Positions 1 through 8,568 of a stretch of 64,000 nt of DNA are shown here, in pieces. A model generated the notes under the pieces. It was not told the origin of the DNA. It saw only the letters and a program-made list of their open reading frames with translations, and ran no database searches. Source of the DNA: a virus. The first letter of the stretch is position 1; the number at the start of each line of letters is the position of its first letter. The stretch is taken from the UHGV virus genome UHGV-0076294. One strand, written 5' to 3'. Made by a program: the position numbers and the translations under genes.

Positions 1-89
1 CAACAGTTTCTTTGAGGGGGGAGGTTGCGTTAAACCCGGCTGACGCTACGCCACCCGAGACGGTGTCTCGCGCTAAGAAGAAAAAATAA
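1..89 (+). CDS. 3' end of an upstream gene (partial, product unknown)
   Basis: Frame open from window edge to TAA 87-89 (...ETVSRAKKKK*), immediately followed by a strong terminator hairpin. Confidence 0.3.
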   Translation, partial: TVSLRGEVALNPADATPPETVSRAKKKK

Positions 90-91
90 TT

Positions 92-127
92 AGAGGGTGG
101 GGTAATCCCCACCCTCTTTTCTTTTTT
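92..127 (+). terminator. Rho-independent terminator
   Basis: Perfect stem AGAGGGTGGGG/CCCCACCCTCT, TAAT loop, then T-run. Confidence 0.8.
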
Positions 128-151
128 GTGTAAAAGAGGAGTTAAACGAAA

Positions 152-742
152 ATGGCTGAACGTTGGTCTAAAGAAGGTATCATTGAATCCAAAACCGATT
201 TGGAAGGTGGGTACGTAAACGACCCTGACGACAAAGGTGGAGAAACCTGTCACGGTGTAACTTTAGCTACTGCACGCGAATACGGCTACACAGGGAAAAT
301 GAAAGACCTCACCCGTGCACAAGCGTTTGATATTTACGATCGCGGTTGGTGGAAGAAGCTCAAACTCGATGAGATTTTCGCTATCTCACCGTTACTCGCA
401 GACCGGATGTTTGATTTTGGTATTAACGCAGGGCGTGCTAACTGTGTGAAATCGTTACAACGTATTCTCAACGTTTTAAATAACGAAGGGAAACTTTACG
501 CAGATATTGACACCGACGGCGGTATGGGTCCTAAGACACTGGGTGCGTTGAACGCGTACCTGAAATATCGTAAAGATGAAGGATTGAGCATTTTAATCTT
601 TGCGTTAATCTCGCACCAAGTAACTTACTACACGGAAATCTCCGAAAAACGTAAGAGAAACGAGAAATACACCTACGGATGGTACGGCCGCGTCTTCAGA
701 GAAATGGCAGATTATACGGTAAAAGCGGGGTTAGTAAAATGA
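152..742 (+). CDS. Endolysin: GH108-type lysozyme domain plus PG_binding_3-like C-domain
   Basis: EGGYVNDPDDKGGETCHGVT motif typical of glycoside hydrolase family 108. C-half DTDGGMGPKTLGAL peptidoglycan-binding pattern. GAGGAG RBS. Confidence 0.85.
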   Translation: MAERWSKEGIIESKTDLEGGYVNDPDDKGGETCHGVTLATAREYGYTGKMKDLTRAQAFDIYDRGWWKKLKLDEIFAISPLLADRMFDFGINAGRANCVKSLQRILNVLNNEGKLYADIDTDGGMGPKTLGALNAYLKYRKDEGLSILIFALISHQVTYYTEISEKRKRNEKYTYGWYGRVFREMADYTVKAGLVK

Positions 743-843
743 ACTGGTTTGCTAAACTCTTAGCGTTATTGTGGAAAGCGTTAACGTCTGGTCGAAAACG
801 TAAAGACGAAAAGCGTGGACAAGAGTTCTTCTGGTTTTTGTAA
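739..843 (+). CDS. 34-aa amphipathic/basic peptide (possible lysis accessory)
   Basis: ATG overlaps endolysin stop (ATGA). MNWFAKLLALLWKALTSGRKRKDEKRGQEFFWFL. Below the ORF-track size cut-off; read by hand. Confidence 0.3.
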   Translation: MNWFAKLLALLWKALTSGRKRKDEKRGQEFFWFL

Positions 844-858
844 GGAAAGGTGTGGGTA

Positions 859-1524
859 ATGGAAAAGCTTCAATATAAACGTTTAGACAATAAGTGGTTT
901 GTATTAACGGAGGATTACCATTATCCGTTTACGTTACGTGAGATTTATCACGACCACGTACACTTAGACCGTGCGGTTTATTTAACGGGCGTATTGCCTG
1001 ACACGCAACTGTGGTTAACAGCACCGAAAGGGTTCGTTACCGATTTAGCGTCAATTCCTGAACACCTCCAGGGAATTTTCCATCCTGACGGGCCTTGGGC
1101 ACCCGCAGCCTGTATTCACGACTTGTTATACCAAAAATGCAGTACGGAACGTAGCTACCCTATGACTCCTGGCGGTAACGTTTCGCGTATTATCGATAAA
1201 GAGTTCTCTGACTTAACATTCCTGCGTATTATGCAGTCGTTAGAAATCTCACCGTATATCTGCCAAACGTTTTATAAAGCCGTGGCGGGGTTCGGTTGGG
1301 ATGCTTACGTAGACCCTAACGCGAAACCGTCTTATACCACTAACGATTACCGTACGTTAGATTACAATCGAAACTATTTGTTCGTTCGTGAGTTTAGGGA
1401 GCCTGCTATTCCTGACCACGAACGTGTTGATATCACCACAGGTTGTCCCGTTAATGTCAAATACCTGAACATCAAACGGGCTTTTCTGTCTGGGAGGGAA
1501 GATGTTTCATCCAAATCCGAGTAA
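859..1524 (+). CDS. DUF1353-family protein
   Basis: GFVTDLASIP ... IHDLLY signature of DUF1353. Start moved to ATG 859 (AGGAAAGG about 8 nt upstream) instead of GTG 850. Confidence 0.7.
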   Translation: MEKLQYKRLDNKWFVLTEDYHYPFTLREIYHDHVHLDRAVYLTGVLPDTQLWLTAPKGFVTDLASIPEHLQGIFHPDGPWAPAACIHDLLYQKCSTERSYPMTPGGNVSRIIDKEFSDLTFLRIMQSLEISPYICQTFYKAVAGFGWDAYVDPNAKPSYTTNDYRTLDYNRNYLFVREFREPAIPDHERVDITTGCPVNVKYLNIKRAFLSGREDVSSKSE

Positions 1525-2017
1525 CTTTAAACTCAAAGAGTTAGTACCACAATCGTACATCGCCAAATACGGTGATTCTGCAATTCGGTTTATGAACCCG
1601 TTGTTAATGATCTCCCTACAACAGATTCGTAACCGTTTCGGCAGAATGGTGATTAACTCGTCTGCTGCGCAACAGCGTGGCCTAAGAACCTTAGACTTTT
1701 TCATCAACCAAGAAAAGCCTAAGGGCGGTAACTATAAACAACGTGCGTTACAACTCTACTCTGATTCAGGGAGTCAACACAAGTTCGGTAACGCAATTGA
1801 CGCGACACTGTTAGACTCAACGGTAAAACAAGTCCACGACTATATCGCCGCTAATCCTGACGAATTTCCATTCATTCACTTTATCGAATGCGACATCAGT
1901 TGGTTGCATATCGACGTTCGTAACCAACCGAATATCACGTTCTGGTCACCGAATCGCGGTACTGTGAAAGTCGTGAAACAAAGCCCTATCGATTGGAGCG
2001 CCTTAGTTAAAATCTAA
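1502..2017 (+). CDS. Peptidase M15-like cell-wall metallopeptidase
   Basis: SQHKFGNAIDA (HxxGxAxD) and later WLHIDVR histidine as in M15/VanY-like peptidases. GGGAGGGAAG RBS. Overlaps upstream gene by 23 nt. Confidence 0.6.
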   Translation: MFHPNPSNFKLKELVPQSYIAKYGDSAIRFMNPLLMISLQQIRNRFGRMVINSSAAQQRGLRTLDFFINQEKPKGGNYKQRALQLYSDSGSQHKFGNAIDATLLDSTVKQVHDYIAANPDEFPFIHFIECDISWLHIDVRNQPNITFWSPNRGTVKVVKQSPIDWSALVKI

Positions 2018-2108
2018 GCGCATAATCCTTAACTTAGGGTGATTGTACCTTATTTTGTATAAACCGTCTTAGAACGCGCTAGAACGCGTTCTACGGACAA
2101 AATAAACC

Positions 2109-2140
2109 TACCCTCCTGCTTAGCAGGAGGGTATTTATTA
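2109..2140. terminator. Bidirectional terminator between convergent genes
   Basis: CCCTCCTGC/GCAGGAGGG stem flanked by A-rich and T-rich runs. Confidence 0.7.
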
Positions 2141-2617
2141 TTCTACCGGGTGCAGCATAGTGCCGGTATCCGGAATGCTACCTTCGTGACATCTGAAGAA
2201 CGTTACGCCTTTCCCTTCACCCGTTTTGTAGTTGATGGTAGAATACGCAAACGTTGGGGTTTTCGACAGTAACCCGTTTACACGGTAATAGCGCTCACCG
2301 GTAACGACGTTTAAGTTACCGTCAACTTTTCCTAACAAATCTTTATAAAGTTGCGGAGATTCGATTTTACCTTCGTTCCATGAAGCGACCCAATTCGCCC
2401 CTGTATCCATGACTAACACCGAAAGGGGCATCAGTTTTAGGCTAGACGGTACCGGTTTAAAATCAACGAATTCTTGGGAAGCGCCTGTACAGGTGTAAAT
2501 GACCATATCATGTTGGTCAACAGGTACGGTAGAGAACTGACCTTCTGCGTTCGGCTGAATAGCACAACTTGCCAATGTCATTACAAAAGCAACGACCACG
2601 AGAATGCGTTTTAGCAT
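2138..2617 (-). CDS. Lipoprotein of unknown function
   Basis: Signal peptide with lipobox LASC (MLKRILVVVAFVMTLASCAIQ). Confidence 0.75.
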   Translation of the reverse strand: MLKRILVVVAFVMTLASCAIQPNAEGQFSTVPVDQHDMVIYTCTGASQEFVDFKPVPSSLKLMPLSVLVMDTGANWVASWNEGKIESPQLYKDLLGKVDGNLNVVTGERYYRVNGLLSKTPTFAYSTINYKTGEGKGVTFFRCHEGSIPDTGTMLHPVE

Positions 2618-2683
2618 AATCTCACCCTTATTAAAATTAAGAAAAAATATTTTTTCAGGTTAGCGCCTACTGCCAACCGTCAT

Positions 2684-2700
2684 ATCTATATTTTACGAAA
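2684..2700 (+). promoter_or_regulatory. Candidate phage promoter motif (ATCTATATTTTACGAAA)
   Basis: Related to the AGATAT(AT)TTAC element found upstream of other + strand gene blocks. Lies in an AT-rich divergent intergenic region. Confidence 0.25.
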
Positions 2701-2757
2701 TGTCTAAAATAACATTCTTATGCAATCCACCCCTACCACTTACGAGGTAAAAAAAAG

Positions 2758-3285
2758 ATGGCTAAAGCCTTCAATCAACAGCTCATCGAAGCTGTAATTG
2801 CTAAAAACTCAGGAACCGCTTCTAATCTGACGGTTGGTGATGTCGATTTTGGTGCTGTTGCTGAGTTCAGCGGAGACGCTGGCCGCAACACTAAAATTAC
2901 ACTGACCGCCAAGGCAGAAAGCCAGAACTTCAAAGGCGAGAAAGAATTCCACTACACTCGTCTGGTCTCGCAAAGCCTCATTACGCTGACGGAAGTTACA
3001 GCAGAAACTACTGAAGTCGAAGATTCTGTTATCATCGCAAAACTCAACGAAGATATAGTCGCTAAAGGCTATACTGACGACGAGTTCAAAGCCGAAGAAT
3101 TGACCATTCAGAAAACTGATGCAGGTGAAGGTAATTTCAATTACACCGTTAGTGTAAACGAAGGTCATATCAAATTCTTAGCTGGACAAATCGCTGTTTA
3201 TAGCTATAAAAAGCCAGCGCCTGAAAAAGTAGCTCTGAGCGGTCTGGAAGGTGAGCTCGACGCCTTCACAGCTCCAGTAGCCTAA
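2758..3285 (+). CDS. Hypothetical protein, paralog pair member 1
   Basis: Paralogous to 3337..3870 (NTKITLTA..NFKG..HYTRL and C-terminal GELDAFTA). GAGG RBS. Confidence 0.75.
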   Translation: MAKAFNQQLIEAVIAKNSGTASNLTVGDVDFGAVAEFSGDAGRNTKITLTAKAESQNFKGEKEFHYTRLVSQSLITLTEVTAETTEVEDSVIIAKLNEDIVAKGYTDDEFKAEELTIQKTDAGEGNFNYTVSVNEGHIKFLAGQIAVYSYKKPAPEKVALSGLEGELDAFTAPVA

Positions 3286-3336
3286 TGCTTTTAACAACCA
3301 AACTAAGGCGGTAAATCCGCCTTATTAGGAGAAAAA

Positions 3337-3870
3337 ATGGATAGTCAAGCTACTAACCAAATGCAGCTAGTCGAGTTATATAACGCTGCCAACACTGGTT
3401 TGCCGCACAAATTGGTGTCGTCTGAAGTAAAATTTGGTCTGCCCTCTGCAAACGACGACGGTGAAAAAAATACCAAAGTTACAATGACCGCTTTACCCGG
3501 CTCAGAAAATTTCCGTGGTCAGATTGAACTTAAGTACGACCGATTAAACCCCTCCATAATTTCTGATTCTCTGGGAGTGGTCAAACTCGAGGGGGAGATA
3601 GAAAAATGGCGGGAAGATAACTATGTTCGCGCCTATCTGCAACATTATATTAACCAAGTAAAACCCAAAGACACAATAGCCACAGGCGATATTGTTTATA
3701 GTTACGAAGAAGTAAAAGAACAGGATAAACTTGTCGCACTACGAGTTACCTGCACTGTCGCTGAAAGAAACCATAAATATCTGCAAGGCGTAATGCTTGT
3801 CTTTGAAGTTAGTCCAGAAAAGATCGATCTTTCCACCACCAACGGTGAGTTGGACGGTTTTACTGCTTAA
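3337..3870 (+). CDS. Hypothetical protein, paralog pair member 2
   Basis: NTKVTMTA..NFRG..KYDRL and C-terminal GELDGFTA shared with 2758..3285. AGGAG RBS. Confidence 0.75.
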   Translation: MDSQATNQMQLVELYNAANTGLPHKLVSSEVKFGLPSANDDGEKNTKVTMTALPGSENFRGQIELKYDRLNPSIISDSLGVVKLEGEIEKWREDNYVRAYLQHYINQVKPKDTIATGDIVYSYEEVKEQDKLVALRVTCTVAERNHKYLQGVMLVFEVSPEKIDLSTTNGELDGFTA

Positions 3871-3908
3871 TCGCTAAGTCAACTATTATAACAAAAAAAT
3901 AATAAGTT

Positions 3909-3943
3909 TACCTACCTCCTTTACGGAGGTAGGTACTTTTTTT
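3909..3943. terminator. Bidirectional rho-independent terminator
   Basis: TACCTACCTCC/GGAGGTAGGTA stem followed by T7. Sits between convergent genes. Confidence 0.8.
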
Positions 3944-4616
3944 ATTTTATCCCCATTTCTAAAGCGTACGCTCGGATGGTATCATAATCACGCTGCTCGG
4001 CTAAAAGTCGAAGCTCTTTTTTCTGCTCGGTTTTCTGATTATGCAATTTCTGATCGCGTTTCACAATCGTTGCCATCAGTTCCTTACACTGCTCCAATGT
4101 GAACGGTTCCACTCGAGCGTTTGATGTGTCCAACCAGTAATCCGGTGCGGTTTCTGATTGGATATACTGACTTAACATCTGTCTTGACGTTGAGTCTGTT
4201 TGGAAATAACGTCCGTTTAATTCAATAGGCGCATAACGTTGCTCCTCATAAAGACGCTCCATCTCTATCATGATTTTCTGAACATCCTGATAGATATACC
4301 GCACCGTAGAACGAACGTTATTTCGTATTTCTTCTAAATCAATCTCAAGAACATCAGAGATAAATTCTTTCGCTTTCTGTAGCGTAAAATTAGCCTCAAT
4401 CTCTGACATATCATAACTGCGCATCTGTTCGATTGCGGCCTTATCTTCCAACCCTTCGATTAATTTGTAATGTAGAAGCGCACAAAAACCTGCACGGCCA
4501 CGATCCTCATTGCCAATTCGTTCCATGTAATTACCGTGCCGATCGATTGGAAGCCCTCGTGAGAAATAACGTTGGCGTATTTCCTCTTTCGTTAAGCTTT
4601 CGTCAATAACAGACAT
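3942..4616 (-). CDS. DUF4376-like domain protein (fibre-operon accessory)
   Basis: C-half IELNGRYFQTDSTSRQMLSQYI...WLDTSNARVEPFTLEQCKEL fits my memory of the DUF4376 pattern seen next to phage fibre genes. AAAGGAG RBS. Last gene of the operon. Confidence 0.45.
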   Translation of the reverse strand: MSVIDESLTKEEIRQRYFSRGLPIDRHGNYMERIGNEDRGRAGFCALLHYKLIEGLEDKAAIEQMRSYDMSEIEANFTLQKAKEFISDVLEIDLEEIRNNVRSTVRYIYQDVQKIMIEMERLYEEQRYAPIELNGRYFQTDSTSRQMLSQYIQSETAPDYWLDTSNARVEPFTLEQCKELMATIVKRDQKLHNQKTEQKKELRLLAEQRDYDTIRAYALEMGIK

Positions 4617-5164
4617 TCATCATCTCCTTTAACTAAACCCAGTTCAATTAACAATTCAAAATCGATTTGGCGAAATTTGTTATCAAAACCAGAATCCCAA
4701 TCGATATGTAACCCTTGTCGTTCTTCATCGGTAAGTTCAGGATAAATTAAACCAAGGAACGCTTCACGTTCTTCGTAAAATCCATCGATAGTAGAATCTG
4801 GATTTCGTGTTGCATAGATCGTAATGCCCGGAAAGGATAATCCTAATGCTGTTATAGATTCGACGCTCGGTTCTTGCAAGGCCCTGCGTAAAAGCACGAT
4901 TTTATGTCGTGGAAATTCTAGTACACGTTGTTCAAATCCAGGATTCCGTTTCTCAATTTCTGTAACTGAAAGATCGGTGAGTTCTGTGCAATACATTGGG
5001 ATAACTACGGTTACTCCGTGACGAATTAATAGTCGTTTAACATCGTCAGTGAAGTCTTCACCGTTAATTTGCACATAACAACCAAACAGTTTTGTGCTCT
5101 CTAAAAACTTTTCCAAAAAACGGAATTTACGCTTCGTAATATTGTGGATCAGAATTGGTTTCAT
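4592..5164 (-). CDS. Hypothetical protein
   Basis: 190-aa ORF overlapping both neighbours (translational coupling). No recognisable motif. Confidence 0.6.
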   Translation of the reverse strand: MKPILIHNITKRKFRFLEKFLESTKLFGCYVQINGEDFTDDVKRLLIRHGVTVVIPMYCTELTDLSVTEIEKRNPGFEQRVLEFPRHKIVLLRRALQEPSVESITALGLSFPGITIYATRNPDSTIDGFYEEREAFLGLIYPELTDEERQGLHIDWDSGFDNKFRQIDFELLIELGLVKGDDECLLLTKA

Positions 5165-6449
5165 CTTTGGCTTCTCTCAATTGTTTTTCTTTCTGGGCAC
5201 GTTCACGTACGCAACGAGGGCAATAACACATGCTATTATCGTGAAAATCTTTCACTGACGTCGTGCCCATTTTCTGTTTCCAATATTCCGCAACCATCAA
5301 TTTTGCAGTTGTCCAGCCGCATTGACGGCGTTCGGCGTGATAAGCTTTGCGATCTTCTAGCGTCCCTTCTCCATTCTCGTAAGATGCAGCCGCACAACTA
5401 CCACAAGCGTGCTTCATTGGACAACCTAAACAGGTTTCAGGATAGTTGGTATATTGCGTCTGAATCTCTTCCAGCAATTTCCCGTCATCTAAGCTAACGA
5501 ATTCCCGGCCAACTAATTCAAATACGGCAGAACGTGATGTTACGGTTGACATGAAACGGTTACAACCGAAGATCTTACGATCGAATCCTAAGCAGGTCAT
5601 GTGTGTTAACGTACCGCAGAACGGACGTAAACGTTCTGGATTCAAACGTACAGTATCGTTATACAATAATTGGTCGCGCCAGTTTGGTTCCCAGATAGTA
5701 TCAAAATCTAACCCGTCTGGAATGATGTGCGACAAGGTGTTACGTGGGTTGGTGTGTAAGCCCTTCTCAACCCAATAATCAACCACATCCATCATCTGCA
5801 ATGCGATTGAAGTAGCCATGCTCCGTGGCATAATGTCTTCGAAGGTTACGTTGCCGGAAATAGTTCCACCGCCAGTAATATCAATTAATGATTTCATTCC
5901 AGCAGCATAGAACGGTAACGTTTCCAACGTAAAGGTCGCTTTTACACCAAGTTCTGCAATACCGACTTCTTTTAAGTAATTATAGCCCCGCACAGCGGCC
6001 TCGTAAGATCCTTCACGAGTTGTTGTAAAAATCCGGTACTTATCGTGCGATTCGGGCAATCCATCAATAGACACCCCAATAGAAAGCCTGTCTTTCCAAC
6101 GTTCAATAATTTCTCTATTCAAAGGTCTATCTAACAATGTTCCGTTAGTAGAAATGCTAAACATAAACGGCCGATTATGTTTTTCGCATAACTCTTCTGC
6201 GGTTTCAAATGCCGCCATTAATAACTTAGGCTGCATAAACGGCTCGCCGCCGATAATGTCGATAACGACCTCGATGTTTGTCAGGTCTTTATCCCTTTCG
6301 AAACAGGCATGTAAAAAATCAACGATATCTGCCGCTTTGTTATTCCGAGGATACTTACGTTCGTAACAATACTCACAGTCTAGGTTACACGATAAATTTG
6401 TAACGATCTGATAAGTCAGTTGTTTAGGATAACTATTTTCTTGACTCAT
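5127..6449 (-). CDS. Radical SAM enzyme with SPASM-like C-terminal auxiliary-cluster domain
   Basis: CNLDCEYC (CX3CX2C) at about residue 21, GGEPFM, C-terminal CLGCPMKHACGSC (CX2CX5CX2C) plus further Cys. 440 aa, similar in size to AnSME/SCIFF maturases. GAGGGG RBS. Confidence 0.85.
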   Translation of the reverse strand: MSQENSYPKQLTYQIVTNLSCNLDCEYCYERKYPRNNKAADIVDFLHACFERDKDLTNIEVVIDIIGGEPFMQPKLLMAAFETAEELCEKHNRPFMFSISTNGTLLDRPLNREIIERWKDRLSIGVSIDGLPESHDKYRIFTTTREGSYEAAVRGYNYLKEVGIAELGVKATFTLETLPFYAAGMKSLIDITGGGTISGNVTFEDIMPRSMATSIALQMMDVVDYWVEKGLHTNPRNTLSHIIPDGLDFDTIWEPNWRDQLLYNDTVRLNPERLRPFCGTLTHMTCLGFDRKIFGCNRFMSTVTSRSAVFELVGREFVSLDDGKLLEEIQTQYTNYPETCLGCPMKHACGSCAAASYENGEGTLEDRKAYHAERRQCGWTTAKLMVAEYWKQKMGTTSVKDFHDNSMCYCPRCVRERAQKEKQLREAKDETNSDPQYYEA

Positions 6450-7356
6450 TTTCCGCCCCTCTATTACGTTCTGCCATCACTACACGACGAATGTACTCGT
6501 AAGCTTCTACACCTATTGAGGAGGCTAGTTGGTTACACCCTGCTTTCGTAGCTATTGGTACATTTTTAAGTTGGTTTTCTTCCCCGTCCGCGTCTATCCT
6601 GAGACTTTCGCTACAGGCGTTACAAGCATGATCGAAGAATCTGTTTACAATAAAGCCGCAGTCTCTAGAATTTAGAACATTCAGTCTTTCTATATTCTCC
6701 TGAATTCTAAAATACCCGTAAATAAAGTTCATAACGTGATCGGGAGATAACGGTTTTGGCATGTTTTTGTCTAGTAATAAGGACATAGAACGAAAACCGT
6801 AATGGTAGATAGCAGTATATAATTGAATGATATCTTCATGCCATCTTTTATTGGATAAATTCTCCCTCGTAACAACAGCCCAAGTGTTAACATTATTCAA
6901 GCTGTAAATTACTTCTAACGCCTCATGGCAATTATCATCAATAAAGCGCTTAAAAGGCCGTTCAGAAAGATTAAACCCATCGATGCTAACATATATAGCA
7001 TCGAATTGTTTTAACAACGGTAGATGCGATTTACGCATTTTTAAACCGTTCGTGAACATTTGGTGTTTGAGTTCAGGACGGATCGTTTTTAATTCGTCAA
7101 CAAACGCCTCAATCTTTCGAGTTGCCAGTAGCGGTTCACCGCCAGTCCACTGAATTTCAGTAATGGTTGGGTTAGACGACAACGCTTTCAAAATTCGTTC
7201 ACGTTGAAACTCTCGCGGAGAATCTTCACGATGCATGTAATAGGCTCCGCCGCAGAAGCTACAGTCCAGATTACATTTGGATGTAGCAACTACGGACAAT
7301 ACGGTGGGTTTATTGTATAAACGATTCGATAACCTTGGCTCTACGTCGGTTGTCAT
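6433..7356 (-). CDS. Radical SAM enzyme (small paralog 2)
   Basis: SKCNLDCSFCGGAYY, GGEPLL, C-terminal CNACS...GC cysteines. Start set to ATG 7356 by length alignment with paralog 9406..10320 (ORF track gives 7371). Confidence 0.85.
   Translation of the reverse strand: MTTDVEPRLSNRLYNKPTVLSVVATSKCNLDCSFCGGAYYMHREDSPREFQRERILKALSSNPTITEIQWTGGEPLLATRKIEAFVDELKTIRPELKHQMFTNGLKMRKSHLPLLKQFDAIYVSIDGFNLSERPFKRFIDDNCHEALEVIYSLNNVNTWAVVTRENLSNKRWHEDIIQLYTAIYHYGFRSMSLLLDKNMPKPLSPDHVMNFIYGYFRIQENIERLNVLNSRDCGFIVNRFFDHACNACSESLRIDADGEENQLKNVPIATKAGCNQLASSIGVEAYEYIRRVVMAERNRGAENESRK
6679..6773. repeat. 95-nt block 100% identical to 9643..9737
   Basis: Checked base by base. Lies inside the rSAM paralogs at constant offset 2964. 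Confidence 0.95.
7010..7047. repeat. 38-nt block identical to 9974..10011
   Basis: tttaacaacggtagatgcgatttacgcatttttaaacc in both copies, offset 2964. Confidence 0.95.
7231..7281. repeat. 51-nt block identical to 10195..10245
   Basis: atgcatgtaataggctccgccgcagaagctacagtccagattacatttgga in both copies (encodes the CX3CX2C region), offset 2964. Confidence 0.95.
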
Positions 7357-7377
7357 TGCAGGTGACTCCATCTATTT

Positions 7378-8265
7378 TTAAATATAGCCAATGGATAACA
7401 AAGGATCGTCGTAAGCGTTAACTCCGGGTTTTAATACAAATGGTGAATTGTAAGCCTCGATAATGCGATTAAGGTCCTTATAACGCACGTTTAAACGTTC
7501 TAAATCCGCCAACGTTACGTTACGTTCCAATACCGCCGACACTGCTGCTTTTTCTTCATCAGTTAACGTGACTTTCGTCATTAAGAAACTAACAAGTTTT
7601 GCTAAATCTGCTTCCGATGACGGGTGTTCACCAATACGTGTTTGAATTAAATGTTGCATCCACGGCTTACGAATACGTTTTGTGATTTCATGTTCATCTG
7701 TAAGGGCAACCCACACAGAGCGTTCGCGATCCCACACAAATTTATAACTGTACGCCATCAGATCGGCTAAGCAGTTGATGCCAAGCTCCTCGTAACCTTC
7801 TATTTCAATGTACGGTTCGGTATCAACATAGTTTTTTGTTTCTACAGGAACCAGTGCATAAAAGTACGGGAATGAACCGAGATAGTCTGGAGACCACCAA
7901 CGACGTGCTACAGGCTTCGCATTCAACTCTTTAAATGGCGTAAAGAACAATTCCAAATCTACAGAATTATTCAGAATACCGTCACTAAAGAAATATTTAC
8001 CGTCAACCAATTTACCGCGTAAATCTGAATCACCGGTAAACACCACTACGCTTTCTGCTGACAGATCGCGTATTTTAAAAGTGTTTTCTACTGAATAGTT
8101 ATTGCGATCGGTAAAAAAACGACCGCGCACTTTGGGCCATTCGCCAGGTAACTGAGTTAACAAACGAACTTTATCTTCCAAATGAGCGCGTATTGAATCG
8201 GGGGAAGAAATATGAAGTGGGTGGTTGAAAATTGTTTTATAGGCTAAATGCAAATCGTTTTTCAT
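7378..8265 (-). CDS. Hypothetical protein
   Basis: 295-aa ORF between the Cys-rich genes and rSAM 2. TGGAG RBS. No recognisable motif. Confidence 0.7.
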   Translation of the reverse strand: MKNDLHLAYKTIFNHPLHISSPDSIRAHLEDKVRLLTQLPGEWPKVRGRFFTDRNNYSVENTFKIRDLSAESVVVFTGDSDLRGKLVDGKYFFSDGILNNSVDLELFFTPFKELNAKPVARRWWSPDYLGSFPYFYALVPVETKNYVDTEPYIEIEGYEELGINCLADLMAYSYKFVWDRERSVWVALTDEHEITKRIRKPWMQHLIQTRIGEHPSSEADLAKLVSFLMTKVTLTDEEKAAVSAVLERNVTLADLERLNVRYKDLNRIIEAYNSPFVLKPGVNAYDDPLLSIGYI

Positions 8266-8277
8266 TGATTACTCCAA

Positions 8278-8568
8278 TTATTTTACGGTCAATCTGACGT
8301 TCAAGGTATAGAACCCGCCACGCCATTGCCTGCCGGTAACTTCAAATTCCGCAGTAAAGCCGTTTGATTTACTCGGTTGCTGCGTAATCGCCATGGTTCC
8401 GCCGGAATTACTTAATACTTCTAACGAGATAGAAACAGAAGATGCATTACCGATAGAGTCTATCTTAAAACTAGCCGCGTCTGTAAAATTGACACTGATA
8501 CCGTTACCCATCGCAACTTGTGGATAGGCGTAAGACTTGCCAGACAGTAACGATTTAAAGATCCTCAT
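8278..8568 (-). CDS. Beta-rich domain ORF, probably the -1 frame continuation of 8739..8945
   Basis: No SD before ATG 8568. Its frame is open upstream to 8757, across the G10 run. Confidence 0.6.
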   Translation of the reverse strand: MRIFKSLLSGKSYAYPQVAMGNGISVNFTDAASFKIDSIGNASSVSISLEVLSNSGGTMAITQQPSKSNGFTAEFEVTGRQWRGGFYTLNVRLTVK

